DNA of 64,000 nucleotides from Elusimicrobia bacterium RIFOXYA2_FULL_39_19. GTDB lineage: Bacteria; Elusimicrobiota; Endomicrobiia; CG1-02-37-114; XYA2-FULL-39-19. The notes under the pieces are model-generated. The model did no database searches and was not told the origin of the DNA. It saw only the letters and a program-made list of their open reading frames with translations. Positions 26,193 through 35,624 of this stretch are shown here, one piece after another (position 1 is the stretch's first letter; every line of letters begins with the position of its first letter). Both the position numbers and the translations under genes were made by a program. The stretch is from positions 18,476-82,475 of the forward strand of contig MGVC01000005.1 in assembly GCA_001800285.1 (NCBI GenBank), read 5' to 3'.

Positions 26193-28040
26193 TTACTTTC
26201 CTAAAAAAACGTACAACAGAATGGTTAAACCCATAATGCTCATGGCAAGGTAAATATGCATATTACCTGTATGCATCAGTGCTAACGCTGAAGCGAAAGC
26301 ATTCACAATAGCTTTTCCCCAGTCATAAATATCAAACACTTTTTTCTGGGCCAGCGCATAAGTTTGATCAAATATTTTTATTTCCTTAATAGTCTGGTAA
26401 AAATCTACGCCTGTTACCCTCTGGTTTTCCGGCAGCACTTCTCCGCCGATAAATATTTTATGCCGTTTTATTACAGACCCGAGACTGAAACTCGCCAGGA
26501 AAATAATAATGCCTATAATAATACACGCTATCAGAAGCATTGTGGCCAGTTCCGGCTGCCAGAAACCAATAAGATTTCCGCTTAACTGCAGATTAAATGC
26601 TGATAATGAAGGAATAATAAAATACTTTAAAGGAAGCGCAAAGGCAAACACGCCAAACACAATACAAAGCCCGGCAAGTAAAAGCTGGGGCAGCCACATC
26701 TGCCAGTTTACTTCGCCTTTTTGTTCATTTTTTTTCTGAGCGAAAAATATTGCATGAATAAGTTTCATAAAGCTTGCCAGTGTAAGGGCGGACCCAAACA
26801 TAGCCGCCACCAAACACACTAAAGCAATAATTTGAAATTTGGGTGATGCATTTTGAAATTGTGTTATCAGCCCCTGGTAAATCATCCACTTGGAAACAAA
26901 ACCGTTAAATGGCGGAACACCTGAAATAGACATAGACGCTATAAAAAACGCCGCAAAAGTCAGCGGCATGCCCGCTTTGCCTGCCAACGCGCCCAGTTTA
27001 TCTAAATCTGTGGTACCGGTTTTCTTTTCTATGGAACCGCCGCATAAAAAAAAGCAGGATTTGTATATTGCGTTATTTAACATATGAAATATTCCGCCTG
27101 CTATGCCCACCGGGTTTCCCGTGGCAAGGCCTAATATCATATAACCAACTTGTGAAACAGCGTGATAGGAAAGCAGTTTTTTCAGGTCATGTTGTATCAT
27201 GGCCATAAAAACAGCGGCAATAATCGTAACTGCACCTATAAACATAAGAAAAGCCGTTAACGGCAAACTTAAAGAAAACAAATTAAGTGAAATTCTGGCA
27301 AGCAGATAAATACCCAGCAGTTTATCCAGTGATGCCGGAAGAAGGGCAATTACCGGGGCAGGCGTTACAGGAGCCATATCTGGTATCCATGTATGAAAAG
27401 GCATAGCCCCTGCTTTTGCAAACGCTCCTATAGCCAAACATAAAAACGCTGTAAGAGCCAGCGTTGAATCTGCGGTTGAAAGAAATATTTTATCCATCTG
27501 CAAAGTACCGGTTAAAACCCAGATAATTGCAATACCTAAAATCATAAGGCAGTCTGAACCACCTACTATGATAAAGGTTTTCTTTGCCGCATCTTTTGAA
27601 TCCGGCGAATTTGATTGTATGAGAACATAAAGCGTTAAACCCAGAAAACCCCAGAAAACAAGCATTAATATCAGATTGTTTGCCAGCACACAGCCCAACG
27701 CCGCACTTATTGACCATAAAACAGATGTATAATAAAAACTTGAAATTGAAAATTTGTCTGTTTTAGGAAAGAATTTTGTTGAATATAGTATTACCAGTAT
27801 ACCAAACAAAGCAATGAACAGCACCAGAAAACGGTTGAAATTATCTATACGGAAAAGTTCTAAACCAAAAAGCTGAAAGTTAACGGGATTTGTTCTAAAA
27901 ATAATAAAAGTCATCAGAAATACAGCAATGGAACCGGCAAGTGCAAGCAGCTCGGCAATTAGCCTCTGCTTTTTAGGAATAACTGCGCAGACAAGCCCTG
28001 CGACAAACGGCACAGCTAATAAATATAAAATTAAATCCAT
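26193..28040 (-). CDS. MrpA/NuoL/MbhH-like large antiporter-type subunit
   Basis: 615-aa polytopic protein with WIPDMAPVTPAPVIALLPASLDKLLGIYLLARI and HAVSQVGYMILG motifs of complex-I subunit 5 family. Confidence 0.8.
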   Translation of the reverse strand: MDLILYLLAVPFVAGLVCAVIPKKQRLIAELLALAGSIAVFLMTFIIFRTNPVNFQLFGLELFRIDNFNRFLVLFIALFGILVILYSTKFFPKTDKFSISSFYYTSVLWSISAALGCVLANNLILMLVFWGFLGLTLYVLIQSNSPDSKDAAKKTFIIVGGSDCLMILGIAIIWVLTGTLQMDKIFLSTADSTLALTAFLCLAIGAFAKAGAMPFHTWIPDMAPVTPAPVIALLPASLDKLLGIYLLARISLNLFSLSLPLTAFLMFIGAVTIIAAVFMAMIQHDLKKLLSYHAVSQVGYMILGLATGNPVGIAGGIFHMLNNAIYKSCFFLCGGSIEKKTGTTDLDKLGALAGKAGMPLTFAAFFIASMSISGVPPFNGFVSKWMIYQGLITQFQNASPKFQIIALVCLVAAMFGSALTLASFMKLIHAIFFAQKKNEQKGEVNWQMWLPQLLLAGLCIVFGVFAFALPLKYFIIPSLSAFNLQLSGNLIGFWQPELATMLLIACIIIGIIIFLASFSLGSVIKRHKIFIGGEVLPENQRVTGVDFYQTIKEIKIFDQTYALAQKKVFDIYDWGKAIVNAFASALALMHTGNMHIYLAMSIMGLTILLYVFLGK

Positions 28041-28042
28041 TT

Positions 28043-29257
28043 TTATTCCGTAATACCCATTTTCTTTTTCAGTTCCCGGGTTTTTTCCTGGCTGAGTTTT
28101 ATTAAATCACTGCCGCCTAATATTTTCTTATTGGTGTTTTTATCAATTACAACGCATCTTTCTGTACAGCAATAGCACGGGTCTACCGCTCCTAAGGTGA
28201 TAGCGGCGTCAGAAATAGTTCCCTTGATTGCGGTAATTTCATTTGTTGGCACATTTACATAAGAAGGGGCGCGGATTTTATGCCTTACCGGCCTGTTGGA
28301 ACCGTCTGAACGCACAAAGTGGAACACTTCCCCTCTGGGCGCTTCGTGCCGGCCTATGCCTTCACCTGCAGGAATGTTTTTTATTTTAAGATCAAAATTG
28401 CCTTCCGGCTCTTTTTTCAGGCCGTTTAAACAACCGCGTATTATTTTCACAGATTCGTACATCTCTAAAACACGTACTACAATTTTATCAAAGATATCAC
28501 CGTTAACGGCAGTAATAACTTTCCAATCTACCATACCGTAAGCGGCATATGGATTATCCCTGCGGATATCAATATCTACGCCGCTTGCTCTTGCTAGCGG
28601 GCCGACAGCGCAGAAATCTATAGCTTCTTTTTTTGTAAGCGGACAGATGCCTTTGGCTCTGGCTTGAATTACCGGGTCATCCATGACAGCGCCCTTGAAA
28701 AGGTCTATATAAGGAAGCAGGCCATCAAGCATTTTTTCCATTCTGGGAATATCTTCATTCAAAATATCTAAACGGACCCCACCGATTTTAAACATTGAAT
28801 AATGCTGGCGGTTACCGGTAATGTACTCCATAACATCTAATAACGGCTCTCTGGCTTTCCAGACCCACATCCATACAGTATTGTATCCTATAAAATGCCC
28901 CGCAAGTCCCAGCCAAAGCAAATGCGAGTGCAGTCTTTCAAGTTCGCCAACTATGGAACGGATATATTTGGTTCTGTCGGTCACTTCTATGCCTGCAAGA
29001 TCTTCTACGGCATTTACATAAGCAAACGGGTGTGAAGTGGAACAAATACCGCAGATTCTTTCAACAGTGAAAGCTACCTGGTCAAAGTGTTTGCTTTCGG
29101 AAATTTTTTCTATGCCACGGTGGTTATAACCGATTTCTATATCCAGTTTTTCCACTTTTTCGCCGTTTACAAACAGCTTGAAAAATTCAGGCTCTTCCTG
29201 AAGCGGATGATACGGCCCTATCGGTATAACAGTTTGTTTTTTCTTTTCTTCTTCCAT
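28043..29257 (-). CDS. Group 4 [NiFe] hydrogenase large (catalytic) subunit (NuoD/HycE/MbhL-like) with intact Ni-Fe ligands
   Basis: N-terminal RICGICSTSH (L1 RxCGxCxxxH) and C-terminal DPCYCCTER (L2 DPCxxCxxR) both present; 404 aa. Confidence 0.85.
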   Translation of the reverse strand: MEEEKKKQTVIPIGPYHPLQEEPEFFKLFVNGEKVEKLDIEIGYNHRGIEKISESKHFDQVAFTVERICGICSTSHPFAYVNAVEDLAGIEVTDRTKYIRSIVGELERLHSHLLWLGLAGHFIGYNTVWMWVWKAREPLLDVMEYITGNRQHYSMFKIGGVRLDILNEDIPRMEKMLDGLLPYIDLFKGAVMDDPVIQARAKGICPLTKKEAIDFCAVGPLARASGVDIDIRRDNPYAAYGMVDWKVITAVNGDIFDKIVVRVLEMYESVKIIRGCLNGLKKEPEGNFDLKIKNIPAGEGIGRHEAPRGEVFHFVRSDGSNRPVRHKIRAPSYVNVPTNEITAIKGTISDAAITLGAVDPCYCCTERCVVIDKNTNKKILGGSDLIKLSQEKTRELKKKMGITE

Positions 29258-29329
29258 TTGCTTTCCCTTGCCCCGTCTGCCTTTGCAGGACGGATAATTC
29301 TAATGCTCTAAGCTCTAATTTCTAATGCT

Positions 29330-29764
29330 CTACTTCTCCGTCTGCCTTAACGGGTATTTGCCTTCCGGCCAGTCTTCTGCCAGAAGCAATCTTTTCATAT
29401 TCGGATGATTTTTAAAATTTATGCCCAGCATTTCCCAGATTTCACGCTCAATCCATTCGGCTCCGCGGATAAGCGGTGTGATAGAATCTATTTCCGGTTT
29501 ATCTTTTTCGTTTAAGTAAACGCGCAGGGTTATGACTTCGCCTGTTTTGTCATAAGAAAAATGGTACATTATTTCAAACCCGGTCCTTAAATGAACCCCG
29601 GTGGCTGTAATGAAACGGCTTTCTAAACCGTTAAACATTATTTTTGTGCATTCAATGATGTCATGCGGATTTATTTCCAGATAATGGCGTTTCTCGTTTT
29701 TCTTGAAATAATTTTTTACTTTATTTCCCAGTTTTTCTCTTGCTTTTTCTATAATGCTTTCCAT
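29330..29764 (-). CDS. NuoC/MbhK-like 30-kDa subunit
   Basis: EREIWEMLGINFKNHPNMKRLLLAEDW matches NuoC signature. Confidence 0.75.
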   Translation of the reverse strand: MESIIEKAREKLGNKVKNYFKKNEKRHYLEINPHDIIECTKIMFNGLESRFITATGVHLRTGFEIMYHFSYDKTGEVITLRVYLNEKDKPEIDSITPLIRGAEWIEREIWEMLGINFKNHPNMKRLLLAEDWPEGKYPLRQTEK

Positions 29765-29775
29765 TTTATTCCTGT

Positions 29776-30201
29776 TTATAAACCTTTAAGTTTTTTTATC
29801 AGCTTTACCACGCCCATTATCATGGCTTCAGGCTTCGGCGGGCAGCCCGGGACATACGCATCAACGGGTATTATTTCATCCAGTGGTTTTACGAAATTAT
29901 AGGAATCCCTGAACATATTACCTCCGCAGGCGCAGCTGCCTATGGCTATAACAACACCGGGCTTGGGCATCTGTTCATAAACTTCTTTTATCCTGGGGGC
30001 TGTTTTCATGTTTGGTACGCCGGTAACCAGCATGGCATCGGCATGTTTTATACTGCCTACCAGAGATATACCAAAACGTTCCACGTCATGCCTGGGTGTA
30101 AGCAGGTCAAGAATTTCTATATCGCAGTTGTTGCACGGGCTACAAGCCGCGTGATAAACCCAGATTGATTTGGTAAGCGCTTTGATAACTATTTTTTTCA
30201 T
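29776..30201 (-). CDS. [NiFe] hydrogenase small subunit / NuoB/MbhJ-like (proximal 4Fe-4S)
   Basis: CSPCNNC...GSCACGGNMF...VPGCPPKPE, the conserved NuoB/HycG Cys pattern; 141 aa. Confidence 0.8.
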   Translation of the reverse strand: MKKIVIKALTKSIWVYHAACSPCNNCDIEILDLLTPRHDVERFGISLVGSIKHADAMLVTGVPNMKTAPRIKEVYEQMPKPGVVIAIGSCACGGNMFRDSYNFVKPLDEIIPVDAYVPGCPPKPEAMIMGVVKLIKKLKGL

Positions 30202-31110
30202 TTATAATCCGATTAACGCCAGAATTACTGCAATTAAGGACAATCCTGCGCCGTAGGTCCAGAAAAACTTTACGGCCTGGTCTATTCTTAAACGCGGATT
30301 TGTGTTTTTTATAAGTATTATTATTACAAGAACTCCAGCAAATTTAAGTAAGTTGTACAAAAAATCTGCAGAAGGCATAAACAGGGCTACAAGAAAACTA
30401 GGCAAAACAAAAAGCATAATCCATTTTGTAAGCTTAAATATTGCCAGAGGCGTGCCGGAATATTCTACTGCCGGGCCTGCAATAATTTCCTGTTCCGCTT
30501 CCGGAATGTCAAAAGGTGTCAAGCAAAGTTTTGCCTGGATACATAAAATTGCCACAATAAAAGCAATTATGCCTGAAGCTGATGTAATAACTGCCGGATT
30601 TGCCAACTGATAAGTTACTATGTCGCCCATTCTTATACTGCCTGTTTTTATGATGACAGTGAGAATACTTAAAATAAAAGGAATCTCATAAGAAAGAATT
30701 AGTTTCATTTCTCGGCTTGCGCCGATAGATGCTATAGGATTATTGGAAGCAAAACCGCCAATTATTACCGCTATTGAAGGAATGGCCAGCAGATAGATTA
30801 CTACAATTAAATCTCCTATAAAGGTTTTGCCGGGTACAAGCATGGCATTCCATACTATTACTGACACCAGGGTGATAGCGGCCAGCCCGAAAACCGGAGC
30901 GGACAAAAACGTAAATACAGAGGTCTGTTCCGGCACAGAAATTTCTTTGCCCAGCAATTTTACGAAATCATAAACCGGTTGTAACAAAGGAGGGCCTTTA
31001 CGCCACTGGACCCTGGCTGATACCTTTCTGTCAATATAAACAGCCAGCATTCCGAAAACTGCGGAAAACAAAAAACCCGGAAAAATTAAATAATCAAAAA
31101 ATGTGCTCAT
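30202..31110 (-). CDS. NuoH/HycD/MbhM-like membrane subunit
   Basis: RKVSARVQWRKGPP N-terminal motif of NuoH/ND1 family; 302 aa, polytopic. Confidence 0.8.
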   Translation of the reverse strand: MSTFFDYLIFPGFLFSAVFGMLAVYIDRKVSARVQWRKGPPLLQPVYDFVKLLGKEISVPEQTSVFTFLSAPVFGLAAITLVSVIVWNAMLVPGKTFIGDLIVVIYLLAIPSIAVIIGGFASNNPIASIGASREMKLILSYEIPFILSILTVIIKTGSIRMGDIVTYQLANPAVITSASGIIAFIVAILCIQAKLCLTPFDIPEAEQEIIAGPAVEYSGTPLAIFKLTKWIMLFVLPSFLVALFMPSADFLYNLLKFAGVLVIIILIKNTNPRLRIDQAVKFFWTYGAGLSLIAVILALIGL

Positions 31111-31111
31111 T

Positions 31112-31645
31112 TTATTTTACTACTCCGGCTTTTGCATCTTTTTTCCATGGTATACCATGGACTGCCAGGTGGTCATTTATTATATAAATGTTTTTTTCTG
31201 CCGATTCTTCAACTTCAACATATTTAAGCGCTTTGTTTGGGCAGGTTTCTACACAGAGCGGGTCTTTATCATCAGACCTTCCCGCACAATAATCACAACC
31301 GGAAGATTTATAAGGAAGTATGTCAGGATATATTGTACCAAACGGGCAAGCTACGCTGCAGGATTTACAGGAAGTGCATTTCATCATAAACCGCTGTAAT
31401 ATACCCGCATCATCTTTGCCCAGGGCTTCCTGCGGGCAGGCATTAACACAGAACTTTTCTTCGCATCTTCTGCAGACTACGTACTGGGCCGCTTTTGAAA
31501 GCATCTTTTCCGGGCCGTTGTTTGTTATAGGCGTTTTTAAAAGGTTTTCTGTGTTATGATAAAAGTAACTGCATTTGGCAGAACAGCACTTATCCTGATT
31601 TTTGCATTTGTAGCAGATTTCTATGTCTAAAAGTATTCTTTTCAT
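31112..31645 (-). CDS. Poly-ferredoxin-like 4Fe-4S cluster protein (electron-transfer subunit)
   Basis: Several CxxCxxCxxxCP-type motifs (CVNACP, CKSCSVACP, CDYC...CVETCP); 177 aa. Confidence 0.65.
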   Translation of the reverse strand: MKRILLDIEICYKCKNQDKCCSAKCSYFYHNTENLLKTPITNNGPEKMLSKAAQYVVCRRCEEKFCVNACPQEALGKDDAGILQRFMMKCTSCKSCSVACPFGTIYPDILPYKSSGCDYCAGRSDDKDPLCVETCPNKALKYVEVEESAEKNIYIINDHLAVHGIPWKKDAKAGVVK

Positions 31646-31647
31646 GT

Positions 31648-32475
31648 TTAATCCCAGATTTCCGGTTCATCCTTCAGTTGTTCATAAGTGAAAACCGGAC
31701 CATCTTTACAACAATAGTGAGGGCCGACACCGCAATGCCCGCATTTTCCCAGCCCGCAGCTCATATTTCTTTCCATGGAAAGATACGTATTTTCAGGGTT
31801 ATAACCCTGCTGGTATATTTTAAGCGTGGCAAATTTCATCATTATCGGCGGCCCGCAGACAATTACCGCGGCATTATCTCTGTCTGCATTTACTTTATCA
31901 AGCAAACAGGTGACTAAGCCCACTGTTTCATCCCATTTTACATTTTCCGGACATTTATCTACGCTTCTTACAATTTCAAGGCCCTTTATTTCTTTCCATT
32001 TCGGGAAAAGATATTTATAAACTACATCATCCGGTGTTTTGGAACCGTAACATAAAGTAATTTTTTTGAATTTTTCAATTTGTTCAATCAAAGTCAGAAG
32101 CAGTGACCGCAGAGGAGCCAACCCTACCCCTCCGCCGACTATCAGCACTTCATGGTTAAAATATTTTTCTACCGGGTAGCCTTTGCCGTAAGGGCCTCTT
32201 AAACCAACAGTATCTCCGGGTTTAAGGGCATGAATTTTTTCTGTGTTTACACCCACCTTCATTATGGTAAATTCCATGGTATCTTTAACTGAAGGAGAAG
32301 ATGACGGCGTAAAGGCAGATTCTCCGATACCCGCTATTGTAACCAGCATGAACTGGCCGGTTTGAAAAGCTATAGGCTGTTTGGGCCTGAAGACAAAAGT
32401 TTTGATGGAAGCTGTTTCATCAATTACTTTTTCAACCGTTGCTTCTATGGGAAGATAGGGATTAACCTGGCTCAT
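31648..32475 (-). CDS. FAD/NAD(P)H-binding oxidoreductase with C-terminal [2Fe-2S] (sulfhydrogenase gamma / AsrB / PyrK-like)
   Basis: FNR-like fold signatures (FRPKQP...GQFMLV; GGGVGLAPL nucleotide-binding loop) and C-terminal CGLGKCGHCGVGPHYCC cluster motif; 275 aa. Confidence 0.7.
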   Translation of the reverse strand: MSQVNPYLPIEATVEKVIDETASIKTFVFRPKQPIAFQTGQFMLVTIAGIGESAFTPSSSPSVKDTMEFTIMKVGVNTEKIHALKPGDTVGLRGPYGKGYPVEKYFNHEVLIVGGGVGLAPLRSLLLTLIEQIEKFKKITLCYGSKTPDDVVYKYLFPKWKEIKGLEIVRSVDKCPENVKWDETVGLVTCLLDKVNADRDNAAVIVCGPPIMMKFATLKIYQQGYNPENTYLSMERNMSCGLGKCGHCGVGPHYCCKDGPVFTYEQLKDEPEIWD

Positions 32476-32479
32476 ATAG

Positions 32480-33490
32480 TTAACTTTCTGCGCTTAGTTT
32501 TTTTACTACGTCGCGGATATCAATTTTGCCGGGGCATACAGAAATACAGCGGCCGCAGCCGGTACAAGCATAGATGCCAAAATTAGTTTTTCTGTAATTT
32601 AATTTGCACTGGTACCTGTTTCTGAATCTTTCATGGATTTTCGGCCTGGCATTTCCGCCGCCGGCCACTTTGCCGTGAGTAGTGTAATGGCAGGCGTCCC
32701 AGTAGCGATACTTAGCATTAGCTTCAGTTAAGTAGAAACAATAACAGCTGGGGCAGATGTTGTTGCAGCCGGTGCACTGAACACAGGTTTTACAGTATTC
32801 TTTCCAGCTTTCTGATAGATACTTTCTTCCTGCTAAACCCTTAAAATCAATATCTTTTATACTTTTATAATTAACATTTATGCGGTCAAGCGTTTTTACT
32901 GCAGAGTCACGCATTTCTTCTCTTTTAGATAGCTCTGTATCAACTGCATCCCTGAAAAACGCCTGGGCCTGAGCTATGATTTCTTCTGCAACAACTGAAA
33001 TCACATCTACTACATAACCGTCATCAACTGGAGAAAAATTAAGGTCAAAACTTTTATTTTCATAGGCCTGAGCAAACGGATTGCCGCCTATAAAGGTGCA
33101 GAAACAGGTATCTTTTGGGGTTGGGCAATCTGAAGCAAAGATGAGCGTATTAGCCAGCTTGTTTTCTACAAACGGGTCAGTGCATACTCCGCCTAAATAT
33201 ACTTCTTTTATTATTTTCAGGGCATTCAAGTCACAGGCTTTTACACCAAAGATTATTGTTTTCTTTTCCAAATTAAGAGAGGCCGTATCCAGTTTTTCGT
33301 TGTGATTAAAGAAAAAAGACCTTAAGGGCAGGTTGGCGCGGACATTATCGATGCTTATATCAATTGACGGGCCATTAGCGGAATACTTTTTGTAGGCATC
33401 ATTATCAGCAAGGTAGTAGATATCATTATCTACCGATAGCGTGCCTAAAAAATCGTTTAAATCTTTCTTAAAAATAAATTGTGATTTCAT
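32480..33490 (-). CDS. 4Fe-4S protein, sulfhydrogenase beta / AsrA-like
   Basis: 336 aa with CKTCVQCTGCNNICP and CTGCGRCISVCP ferredoxin motifs plus additional Cys pairs. Genomic pairing with the gamma/AsrB-like gene. Confidence 0.6.
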   Translation of the reverse strand: MKSQFIFKKDLNDFLGTLSVDNDIYYLADNDAYKKYSANGPSIDISIDNVRANLPLRSFFFNHNEKLDTASLNLEKKTIIFGVKACDLNALKIIKEVYLGGVCTDPFVENKLANTLIFASDCPTPKDTCFCTFIGGNPFAQAYENKSFDLNFSPVDDGYVVDVISVVAEEIIAQAQAFFRDAVDTELSKREEMRDSAVKTLDRINVNYKSIKDIDFKGLAGRKYLSESWKEYCKTCVQCTGCNNICPSCYCFYLTEANAKYRYWDACHYTTHGKVAGGGNARPKIHERFRNRYQCKLNYRKTNFGIYACTGCGRCISVCPGKIDIRDVVKKLSAES

Positions 33491-33623
33491 AAGATTAGTT
33501 AAATTATTTGAATTATCAGATTAAACAAAATTATTCCATTTATGTCAAGAAAATGCACTCAAAACATGCTTTTGTTAATCCACGCGGGCAGAGCCAGTGG
33601 TATTCTGTTGCCGTTTTACGGGG

Positions 33624-34343
33624 TTAGGCCTCGGTTTTTTCTATTTCTTTGGCAAGAATTACAGCTTCAGCTACGGCACGAAGGGTTTTACGGGCATCCA
33701 TACTTTTTTTCTGCAGCAGCCTGTAGGCATCTTCTTCAGAATGACCATACTGTTTCATAATGATACCTTTGGCTTTTTCTACAAGCTTGCGGGTTTCAAG
33801 CTCTTCTTTTAAAATATTTGATGTGACCAGCAGGTTCGCATTTTCTATAACTACGGCCGCCTGGTTTGCAACAGTTGTTAAGACAGCTATTTCTGAATCA
33901 GTAAACTTATGAAAAAATGAAGTATAACAATTTAAAGCTCCAATGGGTTTACCTTTTACGTCCAGCGGCACGCACAGCAAGGACTTTAAACCCAGTTTTT
34001 TTGCCATATCCTTAAATTTAAACTCCGGTTCATTTAAAACATCTAAAACCTGAATAGGTTTATTTTCCTTGAGTACTTTACCTGCAATGCCTTCCCCTAT
34101 TTTTAAAGAACCCTTTTTTATATATTCCTCACTCATGCTTTGGGTAGCTTTAATGTCCAGGGCTCCCTGCTTTACATCAAATAACATTATTGAACAGATC
34201 TCTGATTTCATTACCTGTGCGGTTACGGTGACAATAAGCTTTAAAATATCTTCCAAGTAAAGGTCTGATGTGATGGCTTTGCTGATTTTTGAGACAGCGT
34301 TAATGAAATCATTGTGGTCAGTCTTGTTTCTTGTTTTTTTCAT
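33624..34343 (-). CDS. GAF-domain plus ANTAR-domain RNA-binding antiterminator regulator
   Basis: N-terminal GAF-like region. C-terminal AKGIIMKQYGHSEEDAYRLLQKKSMDARKTLRAVAEAV matches ANTAR consensus (AKGiLM...EeAy..Lr..Sm..n.kL..vAe.v). Confidence 0.7.
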   Translation of the reverse strand: MKKTRNKTDHNDFINAVSKISKAITSDLYLEDILKLIVTVTAQVMKSEICSIMLFDVKQGALDIKATQSMSEEYIKKGSLKIGEGIAGKVLKENKPIQVLDVLNEPEFKFKDMAKKLGLKSLLCVPLDVKGKPIGALNCYTSFFHKFTDSEIAVLTTVANQAAVVIENANLLVTSNILKEELETRKLVEKAKGIIMKQYGHSEEDAYRLLQKKSMDARKTLRAVAEAVILAKEIEKTEA

Positions 34344-35377
34344 TGTATTTTTGATTGTATTTCTGCAATTTTGCAGGCTGTCTTTGATTTTCCGGTTATT
34401 TTTCCTGTTTCAAGCAGCGCAATTCCCGGGCATCTTCTACACGCTTTAATGTTACTACATTTCAAACACTCTTTGCAATCTTTTGTACTGTATTTTCTAA
34501 GCCTTTTTGCTTTTTTTGATTTATGCCATATATTTCTGAAACTTTGATTTTTCAAATTTCCAAGCGGATATAATAACTGCAAACATGGATAAACAATTCC
34601 CTGCGGTGAAATACCGGCAAAAACTTTGCCTGCATTGCAAAACAAATCAGGAACATCCTGTAATGAAACATCTGTTGAAACTTCGTACTGGTTTATCAGA
34701 TATTTATTTAACTTTTTATCCGTATAAATGGTTTTAAGCTTTTCGGCGCTTAACTGAAACCTCTGGATTGTGCAGTCACCGTTATTTTGGGGGGCAAGGA
34801 CCGGGTCAAGCCTGTATTCAAACTTATTTTTTTTGGCAAATTTTATCAGCCATTTGTAATCGTTGAAGTTTATATTCAGAAGCGGCGCTTTAATTCTAAC
34901 CGGAACCTTGTATTTCTTTAATAATTTCAATGCAACAAGTGTTTTTTTAAAAGAATTGTTTTTTGCCGTTATCTGTTCATGACTTTTTTTTCTTCCGTAC
35001 AAACTTATCTCTACAGCGCTTAACCCGATTTCCGATAACATTTTTGCGTGTTCTTTTGTTATTAAAGTACCGTTTGAAAAAAGCCGGAGATCAAAATTTA
35101 ATTTCCTGGCGTAAGCGCATAATTCTAACAAGTCTTTGCGTAAAAATATCTCTCCACCGGTAAAACATAAGTACAGGCAACCGGCGCGGGCAAGCTTATC
35201 AAGGATTGTTTTTACTTCCTTCGTGTTTAATTCGCTTTTGTTTTGTTTTATCAGGTAGCAATGCAGGCATTTCAGGTTACATCTATGCGTAAGTTCAAAT
35301 ACGGTATAAAGCGGCAGGTTATTTTTATATGCAGCTTCTGTTAAACTGTTTGATGGGCTAATCATTTTGTATTTCAA
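34340..35377 (-). CDS. Radical SAM / SPASM-domain peptide-modifying maturase
   Basis: CNLKCLHC (CX3CX2C) near N-terminus. C-terminal Cys-rich SPASM-type CKECLKCSNIKACRRCPG; 345 aa. Confidence 0.75.
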   Translation of the reverse strand: MKYKMISPSNSLTEAAYKNNLPLYTVFELTHRCNLKCLHCYLIKQNKSELNTKEVKTILDKLARAGCLYLCFTGGEIFLRKDLLELCAYARKLNFDLRLFSNGTLITKEHAKMLSEIGLSAVEISLYGRKKSHEQITAKNNSFKKTLVALKLLKKYKVPVRIKAPLLNINFNDYKWLIKFAKKNKFEYRLDPVLAPQNNGDCTIQRFQLSAEKLKTIYTDKKLNKYLINQYEVSTDVSLQDVPDLFCNAGKVFAGISPQGIVYPCLQLLYPLGNLKNQSFRNIWHKSKKAKRLRKYSTKDCKECLKCSNIKACRRCPGIALLETGKITGKSKTACKIAEIQSKIQ

Positions 35378-35624
35378 TCAAACCTTTTTCTTTCAATTCT
35401 GAAATAAACCCTGTCACATCATCAGCAGCTACTGTTTTTTCAACATCATATTCCTTTAACAGTAAATCAACCAGTTTGGCGGCACTGCACTTTTTATGCA
35501 GTTTCTGCCAGATAAAAGCGCCCACCTCATCCAATGAATGCAAACAAGATGTTCCTGTGTTTACAATATAGGCCTTGCCGTCAATAACTCTCCAGGCAAT
35601 ATTTTTTGAATGGCTTATTAGCAT
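35358..35624 (-). CDS. PqqD-family RiPP recognition element (peptide chaperone)
   Basis: 88 aa; WRVIDGKAYIVNTGTSCLHSLDEVGAFIWQKL...YDV...DDVTGFISELKEKGLI fits the PqqD/RRE pattern. Overlaps neighbours in operon. Confidence 0.65.
   Translation of the reverse strand: MLISHSKNIAWRVIDGKAYIVNTGTSCLHSLDEVGAFIWQKLHKKCSAAKLVDLLLKEYDVEKTVAADDVTGFISELKEKGLIEIQND

Noticed and set aside
23659-31559. Plus-strand ORFs of 60-130 aa within the hydrogenase/Mrp operon (e.g. 25794-26186, 30302-30610, 31103-31399)
   Set aside because: Antisense to well-supported membrane-subunit genes. Their hydrophobic translations are mirror artefacts.
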